32,000 nt of DNA from Micrococcus luteus NCTC 2665 (GCF_000023205.1 NC_012803.1:2280001-2312000), one strand, 5' to 3'; shown: positions 6,755 through 14,180, counted from the first letter of the stretch. Numbers and translations: made by a program. The notes: generated by a model from the letters alone, not told the origin.

Positions 6755-7999
6755 TCAGTCCTCGGCGACGCCCAGCGCTCGGCGCATCGGCAGGAACTTG
6801 GCCCGGATCTCCGTGACCTCCTCCTCGGGCACCGCTCCCGGGACCATCCCGCCCCCGGCCTGCAGCCGCACCCCGCCGGGCACCTGCTGGCCACAGCGCA
6901 GCGCCAGGGCGATCTCGCCGTCGCCGTCCTGGTCCAGCCACCCGACCGGCCCGGCGTAGCGGCCGCGGTCCACGGGCTCGACCTCCGCGATCACCCGCAC
7001 CGCGTCCGGCGTGGGGGTCCCGCCGACGGCCGCCGTCGGATGCAGCGCGGCCACCACGTCCAGCACGGTCCCCCGCCCGTCCCGCAGCCGGCCGCGCACG
7101 GACGTGGCCAGGTGGTGCACGTTCGGCAGGGTCAGGACGGTGGGCACGGGGTCGTCGTCGGCAAGGTCGACGACGGGCGCCAGCGCGTCCAGCACCGACC
7201 GCGCGGCCCAGCGGTGCTCCTCCGCCAGCCGCGGATCGGAGGCCAGACGCTCGCGCAGCGCGGCGTCCTCCACCTCGTCCGCGCCGCGCGGCATGGACCC
7301 CGCCAGCACCCGCGAGCCCACGAGCCCCGCGTGCCGCGTGGCGAGGACCTCGGGCGTGGCGCCCAGCAGCCCGCCGACGGCGAACACCCAGGTCTGCGGG
7401 TACTCGCGGCGCAGGGCCCCGATCGCCCGCCACAGGTCGGCGTCGTCCGCGGGGACGGTCATCGTGCGGCTGATCACGACCTTCGCCAGCTCCCCGCCCG
7501 AGTCGGCCATCCGCGTCAGCAGCTCGCGCACCCCGGCCGCGTAGCCGACGTCGTCCCAGGCGCGGTCGGCGACGTCGGCGGGCAGGGGCACCGCACCGTC
7601 GGCCAGCAGCCGGGCTCCGCGGTCCGCGGCGACGGCGGCTGCGAGCGCGTCCGCGTCCACGTGCTGGGCCACGTCCCGCACGCCGGACGGCGTGGCGCGG
7701 CGCAGATCCGCGGGGATGCGCAGGACCGCGGGCTCGGGCGAGTCATCGGCGAAGGTCGAGGAGATCCAGCCCCGCAGCGAGGCCGTCGGGTCCGGTCGCC
7801 CGGCGACGGCGGCCTGCCACAGCGCGGAGAGCCGGCGGAGCCGGTCGGTGCCGTCCAGGAGCACGGTCCAGCCGCCCTCGCCCCGCCACGCGTCGTCCCC
7901 GTGCGCCCACAGCACCGCCCGGGCGAACGGGGGGACGGCGGCCTCGGGGGTCCCGGTCGCGGGGGTGCCGAGGTCCGGGAGCAGGGAGCGGGCAGACAT
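6755..7999 (-). CDS. Isochorismate synthase (chorismate-binding enzyme, MenF/EntC type)
   Basis: C-terminal chorismate-binding signatures: LHPTAAVGGTP, DRGRYAGPVGW, and GGGMVPGAVPEEEVTEIRAKF. The start is ATG 7999 (SD gggagag 10 nt upstream) or ATG 8008. Confidence 0.8.
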   Translation of the reverse strand: MSARSLLPDLGTPATGTPEAAVPPFARAVLWAHGDDAWRGEGGWTVLLDGTDRLRRLSALWQAAVAGRPDPTASLRGWISSTFADDSPEPAVLRIPADLRRATPSGVRDVAQHVDADALAAAVAADRGARLLADGAVPLPADVADRAWDDVGYAAGVRELLTRMADSGGELAKVVISRTMTVPADDADLWRAIGALRREYPQTWVFAVGGLLGATPEVLATRHAGLVGSRVLAGSMPRGADEVEDAALRERLASDPRLAEEHRWAARSVLDALAPVVDLADDDPVPTVLTLPNVHHLATSVRGRLRDGRGTVLDVVAALHPTAAVGGTPTPDAVRVIAEVEPVDRGRYAGPVGWLDQDGDGEIALALRCGQQVPGGVRLQAGGGMVPGAVPEEEVTEIRAKFLPMRRALGVAED

Positions 8000-8196
8000 G
8001 GCCCCCATTCTCTCCCACCTCGGCGGACCCCGCTCCGGGCCCGGGCCTCGGCCGCCGCCCCGACGGCGGGGGCGAGCGGCGTCGTCGTGCGCGGAGGGAT
8101 CCCGTCAAGGCTTGCGCCGGCACACCCGACGTCGCAGGGTGGGGGCACCCGTTCACCTCGCGTTCAACCGACCGCCTTCCCCGGAGGACTCGCACC

Positions 8197-8964
8197 ATGA
8201 CCCCCATCCCCCCGGACCCCCACGCCGATCACGCACCGGCGGTGGACGACATGCCGCTGGACACGACGGCTGCGCCAGACACCCCCGCCGCGGTGGACCC
8301 GGTGCCGCACGGGATGGCCGCGCACGTGCTGGAGCGCGAGGTCGGGCCGCTGATGGCGCGCTTCCCCGGCGTGGCGGACGAGGCGACGGTGCGTCAGCTC
8401 CTGTTCGACTCCTACGCCGAGCTCGCCGCGACGAGCCGCCACCCGGAGATGCTGCCGACCACCGCGGTGCAGCATGCCGCCTCGCGCCTGCGCGCCAGGG
8501 CGATCAACCAGGGCAGCATCGAGTCGCGCCACCCGCGTGTGCTGTTCGTCTGCCACGGCAACGCCGGCCGCTCGCAGATGGCCGCGGCCCTGCTCGAGAA
8601 CCGCACCCACGGCGAGGTCAGGGCCCGCTCGGCCGGCACGGAGCCCGCCGGCGAGGTCATCTCCACCGCGTTCGAGGCGATGAGCGAGATCGGCATCCCG
8701 CTGCACCACACGTACACCAAGGGCCTGGACCCGGACGTGCTCCGGGCCGCCGAGATCGTGGTGCTCTTCGACGGCGTGGATCAGTTCGAGATCCCCGAGG
8801 GCGCGCAGGTGCAGAAGTGGTCCGTGCCGTCGATCCGCGGCATGAGCCTCGAGCAGGTGCGCGGCGTGCGCGACGCCCTGGACCTGCAGGTCCGCGGTCT
8901 GATCGCCGATCTGGGGGAAGCCCCCGCCGCCCCGCTGCCGAGCGCGGACACCCGCGCCGACTGA
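8197..8964 (+). CDS. Two-domain protein: N-terminal three-helix-type domain plus LMW phosphatase / ArsC-like domain
   Basis: P-loop VLFVCHGNAGRSQMAAALL (C-X5-R-S). ATG 8197 has SD ggagga. Only one Cys occurs in the whole protein. Confidence 0.8.
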   Translation: MTPIPPDPHADHAPAVDDMPLDTTAAPDTPAAVDPVPHGMAAHVLEREVGPLMARFPGVADEATVRQLLFDSYAELAATSRHPEMLPTTAVQHAASRLRARAINQGSIESRHPRVLFVCHGNAGRSQMAAALLENRTHGEVRARSAGTEPAGEVISTAFEAMSEIGIPLHHTYTKGLDPDVLRAAEIVVLFDGVDQFEIPEGAQVQKWSVPSIRGMSLEQVRGVRDALDLQVRGLIADLGEAPAAPLPSADTRAD

Positions 8965-8968
8965 CCCC

Positions 8969-8997
8969 TTGACCCATACCCCCCTGGGGTATAGAAC
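8969..8997 (+). promoter_or_regulatory. csoR promoter: -35 TTGACC (8969-8974), 17-nt spacer, -10 TAGAAC (8992-8997), 7 nt to ATG 9005
   Basis: Canonical spacing read directly from the 40-nt intergenic gap. It implies a leaderless or near-leaderless csoR mRNA. Confidence 0.5.
8976..8992. promoter_or_regulatory. CsoR-type operator ATACCCC-cct-GGGGTAT
   Basis: 7-bp perfect inverted arms of the GC-rich TACCC..GGGTA type known for CsoR operators. It is located in the -35/-10 spacer of csoR. A further GGGGTAT half-site at 9000-9006 overlaps the ATG. Confidence 0.7.
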
Positions 8998-9004
8998 AGG
9001 GGGT

Positions 9005-9385
9005 ATGAGCACGGACAGCACGACGACGGCGCCCGCCGCCGCCTCGCCCCTTCCGTCCGCCGCGGCGGACGCCTGCGACGGCCACCGGCCCCCGCACGAG
9101 GTCCACCGGGACAAGGCCAAGCACCTGGCGCGACTGCGCCGCATCGAGGGGCAGGTGCGCGGCCTCCACCGCATGGTGGACGAGGACGTGTACTGCATCG
9201 ACGTCCTCACGCAGATCGCCGCCGTCACGAAGGCGCTGCAGTCCCTCAGCCTGAACCTCACCTCGGAGCACCTGCGTCACTGCGTGGCCGAGGCCGCGGT
9301 GCAGGCCGAGGCGGAAGGCCGCACCGAGCTCATCGACGAGAAGGTCGCCGAGGCGACGGCCGCCCTCGGCCGCCTGCTGCGCTGA
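9005..9385 (+). CDS. csoR: Copper-sensing transcriptional repressor, CsoR family
   Basis: CsoR/DUF156 pattern HLARLRRIEGQVRGLHRMVDEDVYCIDVLTQIAAV...EHLRHCV, giving the C-H-C copper ligand set. The TTG at 8969 used by the track is rejected in favour of ATG 9005. Confidence 0.85.
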   Translation: MSTDSTTTAPAAASPLPSAAADACDGHRPPHEVHRDKAKHLARLRRIEGQVRGLHRMVDEDVYCIDVLTQIAAVTKALQSLSLNLTSEHLRHCVAEAAVQAEAEGRTELIDEKVAEATAALGRLLR

Positions 9386-9424
9386 CCGGCGCCGTCGCTC
9401 CCCCCACCCCGACAGGAGTTCGAG

Positions 9425-9643
9425 ATGACCACCACCGACCTGAAGATCACCGGCATGACCTGCGGCCACTGCGTCGCCTCCGTCCGGGAGGAGCTCGGCG
9501 AGATCGCCGGCGTCTCCGCCGTGGACGTGGACCTGAACGCCGGGGGCGTGTCCACCGCCACCGTCACCTCCGAGGGCCCCCTCGACCCCGCCGCCGCGCG
9601 CGCCGCCGTCGAGGAGGCCGGCTACACGCTGGTGGAGGCCTGA
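9425..9643 (+). CDS. copZ: Copper chaperone CopZ (HMA domain)
   Basis: 72 aa with GMTCGHC metal-binding motif. SD aggag. Confidence 0.9.
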   Translation: MTTTDLKITGMTCGHCVASVREELGEIAGVSAVDVDLNAGGVSTATVTSEGPLDPAAARAAVEEAGYTLVEA

Positions 9644-9647
9644 CCCC

Positions 9648-12107
9648 ATGACCCACCCCGCCTCCTCCACCCCGGCCGGCCCGCCGGCCGGGACCACCCG
9701 CCGCGTCGACCTGGACGTCACCGGCATGACCTGCGCCTCGTGCGTGGGCCGCGTCGAGCGCAAGCTGGGCAAGCTCGAGGGCGTCACGGCGTCCGTGAAC
9801 CTGCCGCTCGAGCAGGCCACCGTCACCGCGCCCGCCGGCGTCTCGGACGAGGAGCTCGTGGCCGCCGTCGAGAAGGCCGGGTACGGCGCCACCGTGCGCC
9901 GTCCCGCCCCGCCGGCCGGACACGCCGGACACGCCGGGCACGCGCACACCTCCGAGCACGGCGAGGAGCATGCCGCGGACCATGACGGCGTGGACCACCA
10001 CGACCACATGGCCCACGGTCCGAGTGAGGACATGCTCAAGCCGCGCCTGATCGGCGCGGCGGTGCTGACGGTGCCGCTCGTGCTGATCTCCATGGTCCCG
10101 GCGCTGCAGTTCCCGCACTGGGGCTGGGTCGCGTTCGCCCTGGCGGCGCCCGTGGCGCTGTGGGCGGCGTGGCCGTTCCACTCGGCGGCGTTCCGCGCGG
10201 CCCGGCACGGCTCGTCCACGATGGACACCCTCGTGTCCCTGGGCGTGCTCGTCTCCTTCTCCTTCTCGGCCGTGGAGCTGATCCTGGCGCCGGACATGAC
10301 CGCCCACGTGGGCGGGACCATGGCGGAGATGGCCCACCACAGCCTGTACTTCGAGGCGGCCGCGGTCATCACCACGTTCCTGCTGCTGGGCCGCTGGCTC
10401 GAGGCCCGCGCCAAGCGTGAGGCCGGCGCCGCACTGCGGGCCCTCCTGGACCTGGGCGCGGCCCAGGCCACCCTCTACGACCCCGAGACCCACGACGAGC
10501 GCACGGTGCCCGCCGAGTCCCTCGCGCCGGGCGACGTCGTGCTGATCCGCCCCGGCGAGAAGGTGCCCACGGACGCCGAGGTGCTCGAGGGCACCTCGGC
10601 CGTGGACGCCTCCCTGCTCACCGGCGAGTCCGTGCCCGTGGAGGTCGGCCCCGGGGACGCCCTCACCGGCGCCACCCTGAACACCTCGGGCCGGCTCGTG
10701 GCCCGCGCGACGCGGGTCGGCTCGGACACGACGCTCGCCCAGATGGGACGGCTCGTCTCCGAGGCGCAGACCGGCAAGGCCCGCGTGGCCCGGCTGGCCG
10801 ACCGCATCTCCGCCGTGTTCGTGCCGATCGTGCTCGGGATCGCCGTGCTGACCTTCGCGGTGTGGATGCTGGTGACCGGCGACCTGCCGTCCGCGCTGCG
10901 CGCCGGCGTGGCCGTGCTCGTGATCGCGTGCCCGTGCGCCCTCGGTCTGGCGACCCCGGTCGGCCTGCTGGCCGGCACCGGCCGCGCCGCGCAGCTGGGC
11001 ATCCTCATCCGCGGCCCCGAGGTGCTCGAGGACTCGCGCACCGTGGACACGATCGTGCTGGACAAGACCGGCACCGTGACCGAGGGCCGCATGGCGCTGG
11101 CGGACGTGCTCGTCCTCGACCCCGCTTTCGTGGCCGAAACGGGCGCCTCCCGGAGCGCTTTCGTTGACGAAACGGCGCCGGACCAGGCCGCCGACGTCCT
11201 GCTGACCCTGGCGGCCGCCGTCGAGCGCGGGTCCGAGCACCCGATCGCCCGCGCGATCGTGGCCGGCGCCGAGGAGCGCGGCCTGACCGTGCCCGGCGTG
11301 GCGGACTTCGCCTCCACGGCCGGCGGCGGCGTGTCCGGGCTGGTCGCCCTCCCCCACGACGACGGCGCCCTCGGCTCCGGCGCGCACGGCGCCGCCGGCC
11401 CGGATCCGGTCCGCGTGGCCGTCGGCCGCGGCTCCGTCCTCGAGACCGCCCTCGACGGCGGCATCCTCGCCGAGCACCGGGCCGCGTTCGAGGCCGCGGA
11501 GCAGGCCGGCGCCACAGCCGTGTGGGTCGCGGTCGGCGGCCGCGTGGCGGGCGTCCTGTCCGTCCGGGACACCGTGAAGGACACCTCCGCCGACGCGATC
11601 GCCCGCCTGCGGCAGATGGGCCTGCGCCCGCTGCTGGTGACCGGCGACAACGCCGCCGTCGCCGCCCAGGTGGCGGAGGCCGTCGGGATCCCGGCCGCGG
11701 ACGTGGTGTCCGGCGTGCGCCCCGAGGACAAGGTGGACGTGGTGACGCGCCTGCAGTCCGAGGGCGCCGTGGTGGCCATGGTGGGCGACGGCGTCAACGA
11801 CGCCCCGGCGCTCGCCGCGGCGGACATGGGCATCGCCATGGGCTCGGGGACGGACGTGGCCCGCGAGGCCGCGCAGATCACCGTGATGGGCGACGACCTG
11901 CACCAGGTGGTCCAGGCGCTCGACCTGAGCCGCCGCACCCTGGGGATCATCCGGATGAACCTGTTCTGGGCGTTCCTCTACAACGTGCTCGGCATCCCGG
12001 TCGCGGCCCTGGGCCTGCTCAACCCGATGATCGCCGGCGGCGCGATGGCGGCCTCGAGCGTGCTCGTGGTGCTGAACTCGCTGCGGCTCACCCGCTACGC
12101 GCGCTGA
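9648..12107 (+). CDS. copA: Copper-translocating P1B-type ATPase
   Basis: N-terminal HMA GMTCASC, TM6 CPCALGLATP, phosphorylation site DKTGTVT, and hinge GDGVNDAPAL. It follows csoR-copZ. Confidence 0.95.
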   Translation: MTHPASSTPAGPPAGTTRRVDLDVTGMTCASCVGRVERKLGKLEGVTASVNLPLEQATVTAPAGVSDEELVAAVEKAGYGATVRRPAPPAGHAGHAGHAHTSEHGEEHAADHDGVDHHDHMAHGPSEDMLKPRLIGAAVLTVPLVLISMVPALQFPHWGWVAFALAAPVALWAAWPFHSAAFRAARHGSSTMDTLVSLGVLVSFSFSAVELILAPDMTAHVGGTMAEMAHHSLYFEAAAVITTFLLLGRWLEARAKREAGAALRALLDLGAAQATLYDPETHDERTVPAESLAPGDVVLIRPGEKVPTDAEVLEGTSAVDASLLTGESVPVEVGPGDALTGATLNTSGRLVARATRVGSDTTLAQMGRLVSEAQTGKARVARLADRISAVFVPIVLGIAVLTFAVWMLVTGDLPSALRAGVAVLVIACPCALGLATPVGLLAGTGRAAQLGILIRGPEVLEDSRTVDTIVLDKTGTVTEGRMALADVLVLDPAFVAETGASRSAFVDETAPDQAADVLLTLAAAVERGSEHPIARAIVAGAEERGLTVPGVADFASTAGGGVSGLVALPHDDGALGSGAHGAAGPDPVRVAVGRGSVLETALDGGILAEHRAAFEAAEQAGATAVWVAVGGRVAGVLSVRDTVKDTSADAIARLRQMGLRPLLVTGDNAAVAAQVAEAVGIPAADVVSGVRPEDKVDVVTRLQSEGAVVAMVGDGVNDAPALAAADMGIAMGSGTDVAREAAQITVMGDDLHQVVQALDLSRRTLGIIRMNLFWAFLYNVLGIPVAALGLLNPMIAGGAMAASSVLVVLNSLRLTRYAR
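11125..11175 (+). repeat. Repeat locus C: tandem dimer of the CTTTCG..GAAACGG family inside the copA coding sequence (units 11125-11142 and 11158-11175, period 33)
   Basis: CTTTCGTGGCCGAAACGG matches the intergenic consensus at 14/18 positions and CTTTCGTTGACGAAACGG at 15/18. The 33-bp phasing is the same. The units translate in frame as AFVAETGA..AFVDETAP. Confidence 0.75.
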
Positions 12108-12122
12108 GCCGGGGCGGGGCGC

Positions 12123-12143
12123 GGGCCGGGTCCACCCCGGCCC
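12123..12143. terminator. GC hairpin GGGCCGGG-tccac-CCCGGCCC between convergent copA and the DUF4259 gene
   Basis: 8-bp perfect stem with a 5-nt loop. The flanks extend the pairing towards both stop codons. Confidence 0.45.
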
Positions 12144-12153
12144 GGCCGGCCGG

Positions 12154-12567
12154 TCAGGGCAGGCATTCGCGGGAGTACTCGAGCCACTGCTCGAGCTCCC
12201 CGGACTCCTCCCAGAGCTGGTAGAGCTCGGAGCAGGAGGGCTCGCGGATGACCACGCCGATCAGCTCGCGCAGGGTCTCGATGTCCTCGTCCGAGAACTG
12301 GTCGATGAAGGCGGTGAGGTCCACCTCGTCCGTCTCCGCGTGCTCGAGCAGGGCCTCGAGGTCCGCGTGGTCCTCGTTCCGGGCGATCCGCACGAGCGCC
12401 CCGAGGGTGAGGAGTGCGGCGCCCTGGCTCGCGGTCAGGTAGCCCTCGTCCTCGTCGCGACGGAAGTTCCTGCGGAACTCGTCCAGGTCGAAGGTGCCGT
12501 CGAGGACCTCGTCCACGATGTCCAGCGCGGTGTCGTTCTGGAAGACGTTTCTGCCCCATGCACCCAT
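12154..12567 (-). CDS. DUF4259-family protein
   Basis: The N-terminus MGAWGRNVFQNDTALDIV matches the characteristic MGxWG..F.ND.A.D start of DUF4259. The protein is acidic. Confidence 0.7.
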   Translation of the reverse strand: MGAWGRNVFQNDTALDIVDEVLDGTFDLDEFRRNFRRDEDEGYLTASQGAALLTLGALVRIARNEDHADLEALLEHAETDEVDLTAFIDQFSDEDIETLRELIGVVIREPSCSELYQLWEESGELEQWLEYSRECLP

Positions 12568-12573
12568 GACCTG

Positions 12574-12579
12574 ACCCTA
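12574..12579 (-). promoter_or_regulatory. -10 box TAGGGT, 6 nt upstream of ATG 12567 (leaderless promoter)
   Basis: The minus strand reads ccTAGGGTcaggtcATG. Confidence 0.5.
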
Positions 12580-12665
12580 GGCCCGGGGCGGGCCCCCGGC
12601 AAGAGTCCTGTGGTGTCCCGCCGAGGGGTGCCGTCGCCTCCGCTTCCGGTGTCCGCGGCGGTTCC

Positions 12666-12671
12666 TAGACT
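12666..12671 (+). promoter_or_regulatory. -10 box TAGACT, 7 nt upstream of ATG 12679 (leaderless promoter)
   Basis: tccTAGACTgggcggcATG. It shares the 10-mer TCCTAGACTG with aroQ and the 26773 gene. Confidence 0.5.
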
Positions 12672-12678
12672 GGGCGGC

Positions 12679-13233
12679 ATGAGCACCGAGCCGACCCCCT
12701 CGTCCGCCGCCCCCGAGACCGAGCCCGCCGCGCCGTCGTCGTCCGGGCTGCCGCAGGCCGCCCCGCAGGCGGCGTGGCCCGAGCGCGTGGAGACCGGCGA
12801 GCACCAGGTGTCCTACCGGGTCACCGTGGCCGCGCCGGCGCACGAGCTGTGGGCGATGCTCGCGGACCCGCACCGCCATCACGAGGCGGACGGGTCCGGG
12901 ACCGTGCGGCCGAAGGTGAGCGGGCCGCACCGGCTGGCCGTGGGCGACCGGTTCCGCGTGGCCATGCGGAAGTACGGGGTGCCGTACACGATGCCGCTGA
13001 CCGCCACCGCCGTGGACGAGGACGAGCTCGTGGAGTGGGCCCACCCGGGCGGACATCGGTGGCGCTGGGCGTTCCGAGACAACGGGGACGGCACCACCGA
13101 GGTCACCGAGACCTTCGACTACTCGTGGGCCCGGCCGGCCGTGCGCCGCGCGTACGAGCTGCTGCGGGTGCCGGCGGACAACGGGCGGGGCATCCAGTCG
13201 AGCCTCACGCGGCTGGCGGGCCGCCACCTCTGA
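12679..13233 (+). CDS. SRPBCC (polyketide cyclase/dehydrase-like) family protein with a Pro/Ser/Ala-rich N-terminus
   Basis: Size and pattern (YRVTVAAPAHELWAMLADP...GDRF...EWAH...W.W.F...GDGTTEVTETFDYS) are typical of SRPBCC ligand-binding proteins. The track ORF is trimmed to ATG 12679. Confidence 0.7.
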   Translation: MSTEPTPSSAAPETEPAAPSSSGLPQAAPQAAWPERVETGEHQVSYRVTVAAPAHELWAMLADPHRHHEADGSGTVRPKVSGPHRLAVGDRFRVAMRKYGVPYTMPLTATAVDEDELVEWAHPGGHRWRWAFRDNGDGTTEVTETFDYSWARPAVRRAYELLRVPADNGRGIQSSLTRLAGRHL

Positions 13234-13251
13234 ACCGACCGCGTCTCCGCA

Positions 13252-13362
13252 CTTTCGTTCGGGAAACGGCGGCGTGTCGGGCACTTTCGTTCGGGAAACG
13301 GCGGCCCTCACGCCGTTTCTCGAACGAAAACGCGCTGGGGACCGCCGTTTCCCGAACGAAAG
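13252..13362. repeat. Repeat locus D: two forward units (13252-13269, 13284-13301) and two inverted units (13313-13330, 13345-13362) of the CTTTCGTTCGGGAAACGG family
   Basis: Both forward units are identical to the consensus. The inverted units read CCGTTTCTCGAACGAAAA and CCGTTTCCCGAACGAAAG. The locus lies between convergent stops 13233 (+) and 13378 (-). Confidence 0.9.
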
Positions 13363-13377
13363 CGGGGGGTGCGGGGG

Positions 13378-13695
13378 TCAGACGGCGGACCAGTGGGTCG
13401 CGGCCGGCAGCTGCGCCAGGTGCGGGGTGACGAGCGCACGCCACGCGAGGAACGAGTCGGACTCGCGGAAGGCCACGGTGTGGTCCTCGAGCGTGCGCCA
13501 GCCGATCAGCAGCCGGTAGCGCGCCGGGTCCTCCACCTGCCGGGACAGCGCGAAGGACGTCGCGCCCCCGTCCCGGAACAGCGGCTCGGCCTCGGCGACG
13601 GCGGCCTCGAACGCCGCCTCCGCCCCCGCGGCCACGTGCAGCTCCACCGACTCGACGACCGGCCCGGCCGTCGTCGCGTCCTGCCCGACGCTCAT
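13378..13695 (-). CDS. Antibiotic-biosynthesis-monooxygenase (ABM) domain protein
   Basis: 105 aa with a ferredoxin-like ABM pattern (VELHVAAGAEAAFEAAV..A.PLF....G..S..L.R..EDP.RY.LLI.W.TLEDH). The start overlaps the upstream stop (ATGA). Confidence 0.7.
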   Translation of the reverse strand: MSVGQDATTAGPVVESVELHVAAGAEAAFEAAVAEAEPLFRDGGATSFALSRQVEDPARYRLLIGWRTLEDHTVAFRESDSFLAWRALVTPHLAQLPAATHWSAV

Positions 13696-14132
13696 GCGTG
13701 CACCCGCGGGCTCGTGGAGTGGCCGGTGAACCAGGCGACGAGCTGGCCGTCCGCCTCGATGCCGACCTCGATCATGCGGTCGCGACCGAACTCCACCGAC
13801 TGGCGGGCGGTCGCCACGAGGTGCGCGCCGAGCCTGGCGGGCGCCACGTAGGTGATCTCGGCGCGCCGGGTGACGGGCGCGGCACCGAAGGTCGCCACGC
13901 AGTACGCCAGCGCCGAGTCCGCAAGGTGGAACAGGAAGCCGCCGTGGCAGATCTCGTGCGAGTTCACCATGTCCGCGGTGACCTCGCGGTGCAGCACCAC
14001 GCGCCCCTCGGCCACCTCGCCGAGGGTGACGCCGTGCTCGCGCACCGCGGGGTCGTTCGCGTAGATCTCCTCGAGGCGGGCGAGGATCTCGTCCCGGCTC
14101 TGGCCGGACGAGCTCTGGGGAGTCTCAGTCAT
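13692..14132 (-). CDS. PaaI-type hotdog-fold acyl-CoA thioesterase
   Basis: NSHEICHGGFLFHLADSALAYC is the PaaI/YdiI-type motif. The track ORF 13692..15005 is trimmed to ATG 14132. Confidence 0.8.
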   Translation of the reverse strand: MTETPQSSSGQSRDEILARLEEIYANDPAVREHGVTLGEVAEGRVVLHREVTADMVNSHEICHGGFLFHLADSALAYCVATFGAAPVTRRAEITYVAPARLGAHLVATARQSVEFGRDRMIEVGIEADGQLVAWFTGHSTSPRVHA

Positions 14133-14138
14133 GGGCCC

Positions 14139-14144
14139 ATTGTG
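14139..14144 (-). promoter_or_regulatory. -10-like box CACAAT, 6 nt upstream of ATG 14132 (putative leaderless promoter)
   Basis: The minus strand reads gaCACAATgggcccATG. The first base deviates from T. Confidence 0.35.
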
Positions 14145-14168
14145 TCGCACGTCGCGCCGCTCCGCGCC

Positions 14169-14174
14169 TAGGGT
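14169..14174 (+). promoter_or_regulatory. -10 box TAGGGT, 6 nt upstream of GTG 14181 (leaderless promoter)
   Basis: ccTAGGGTggcggcGTG. It lies back-to-back with the 14139-14144 box within a 48-nt divergent gap. Confidence 0.5.
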
Positions 14175-14180
14175 GGCGGC

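Noticed and set aside
8969-9004. TTG-initiated start of csoR (MTHTPLGYRTGG...).
   Set aside because: It would translate through the -35, the operator and the -10 elements. ATG 9005 gives a normal-length CsoR with canonical promoter geometry.
9564-11903. 779-aa ORF antisense to copA. Similar long antisense or out-of-frame ORFs occur at 16163..18100, 20631..22646, 6434..8200, 3807..5273, 17869..19680, 8657..10471 and 10475..11950.
   Set aside because: These are shadow ORFs, typical of very GC-rich DNA where stop codons are rare. Their translations are Arg/Gly/Pro/Ala-rich low-complexity sequence with no motifs. The opposite or alternative frame encodes clearly recognisable proteins.
2404-13362. 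The 32-33 bp periodic repeats as mini-CRISPR arrays.
   Set aside because: There are only two direct units per array, the 'spacers' are only about 14 nt, the adjacent units are inverted, no cas genes are present, and one copy lies inside a CDS.
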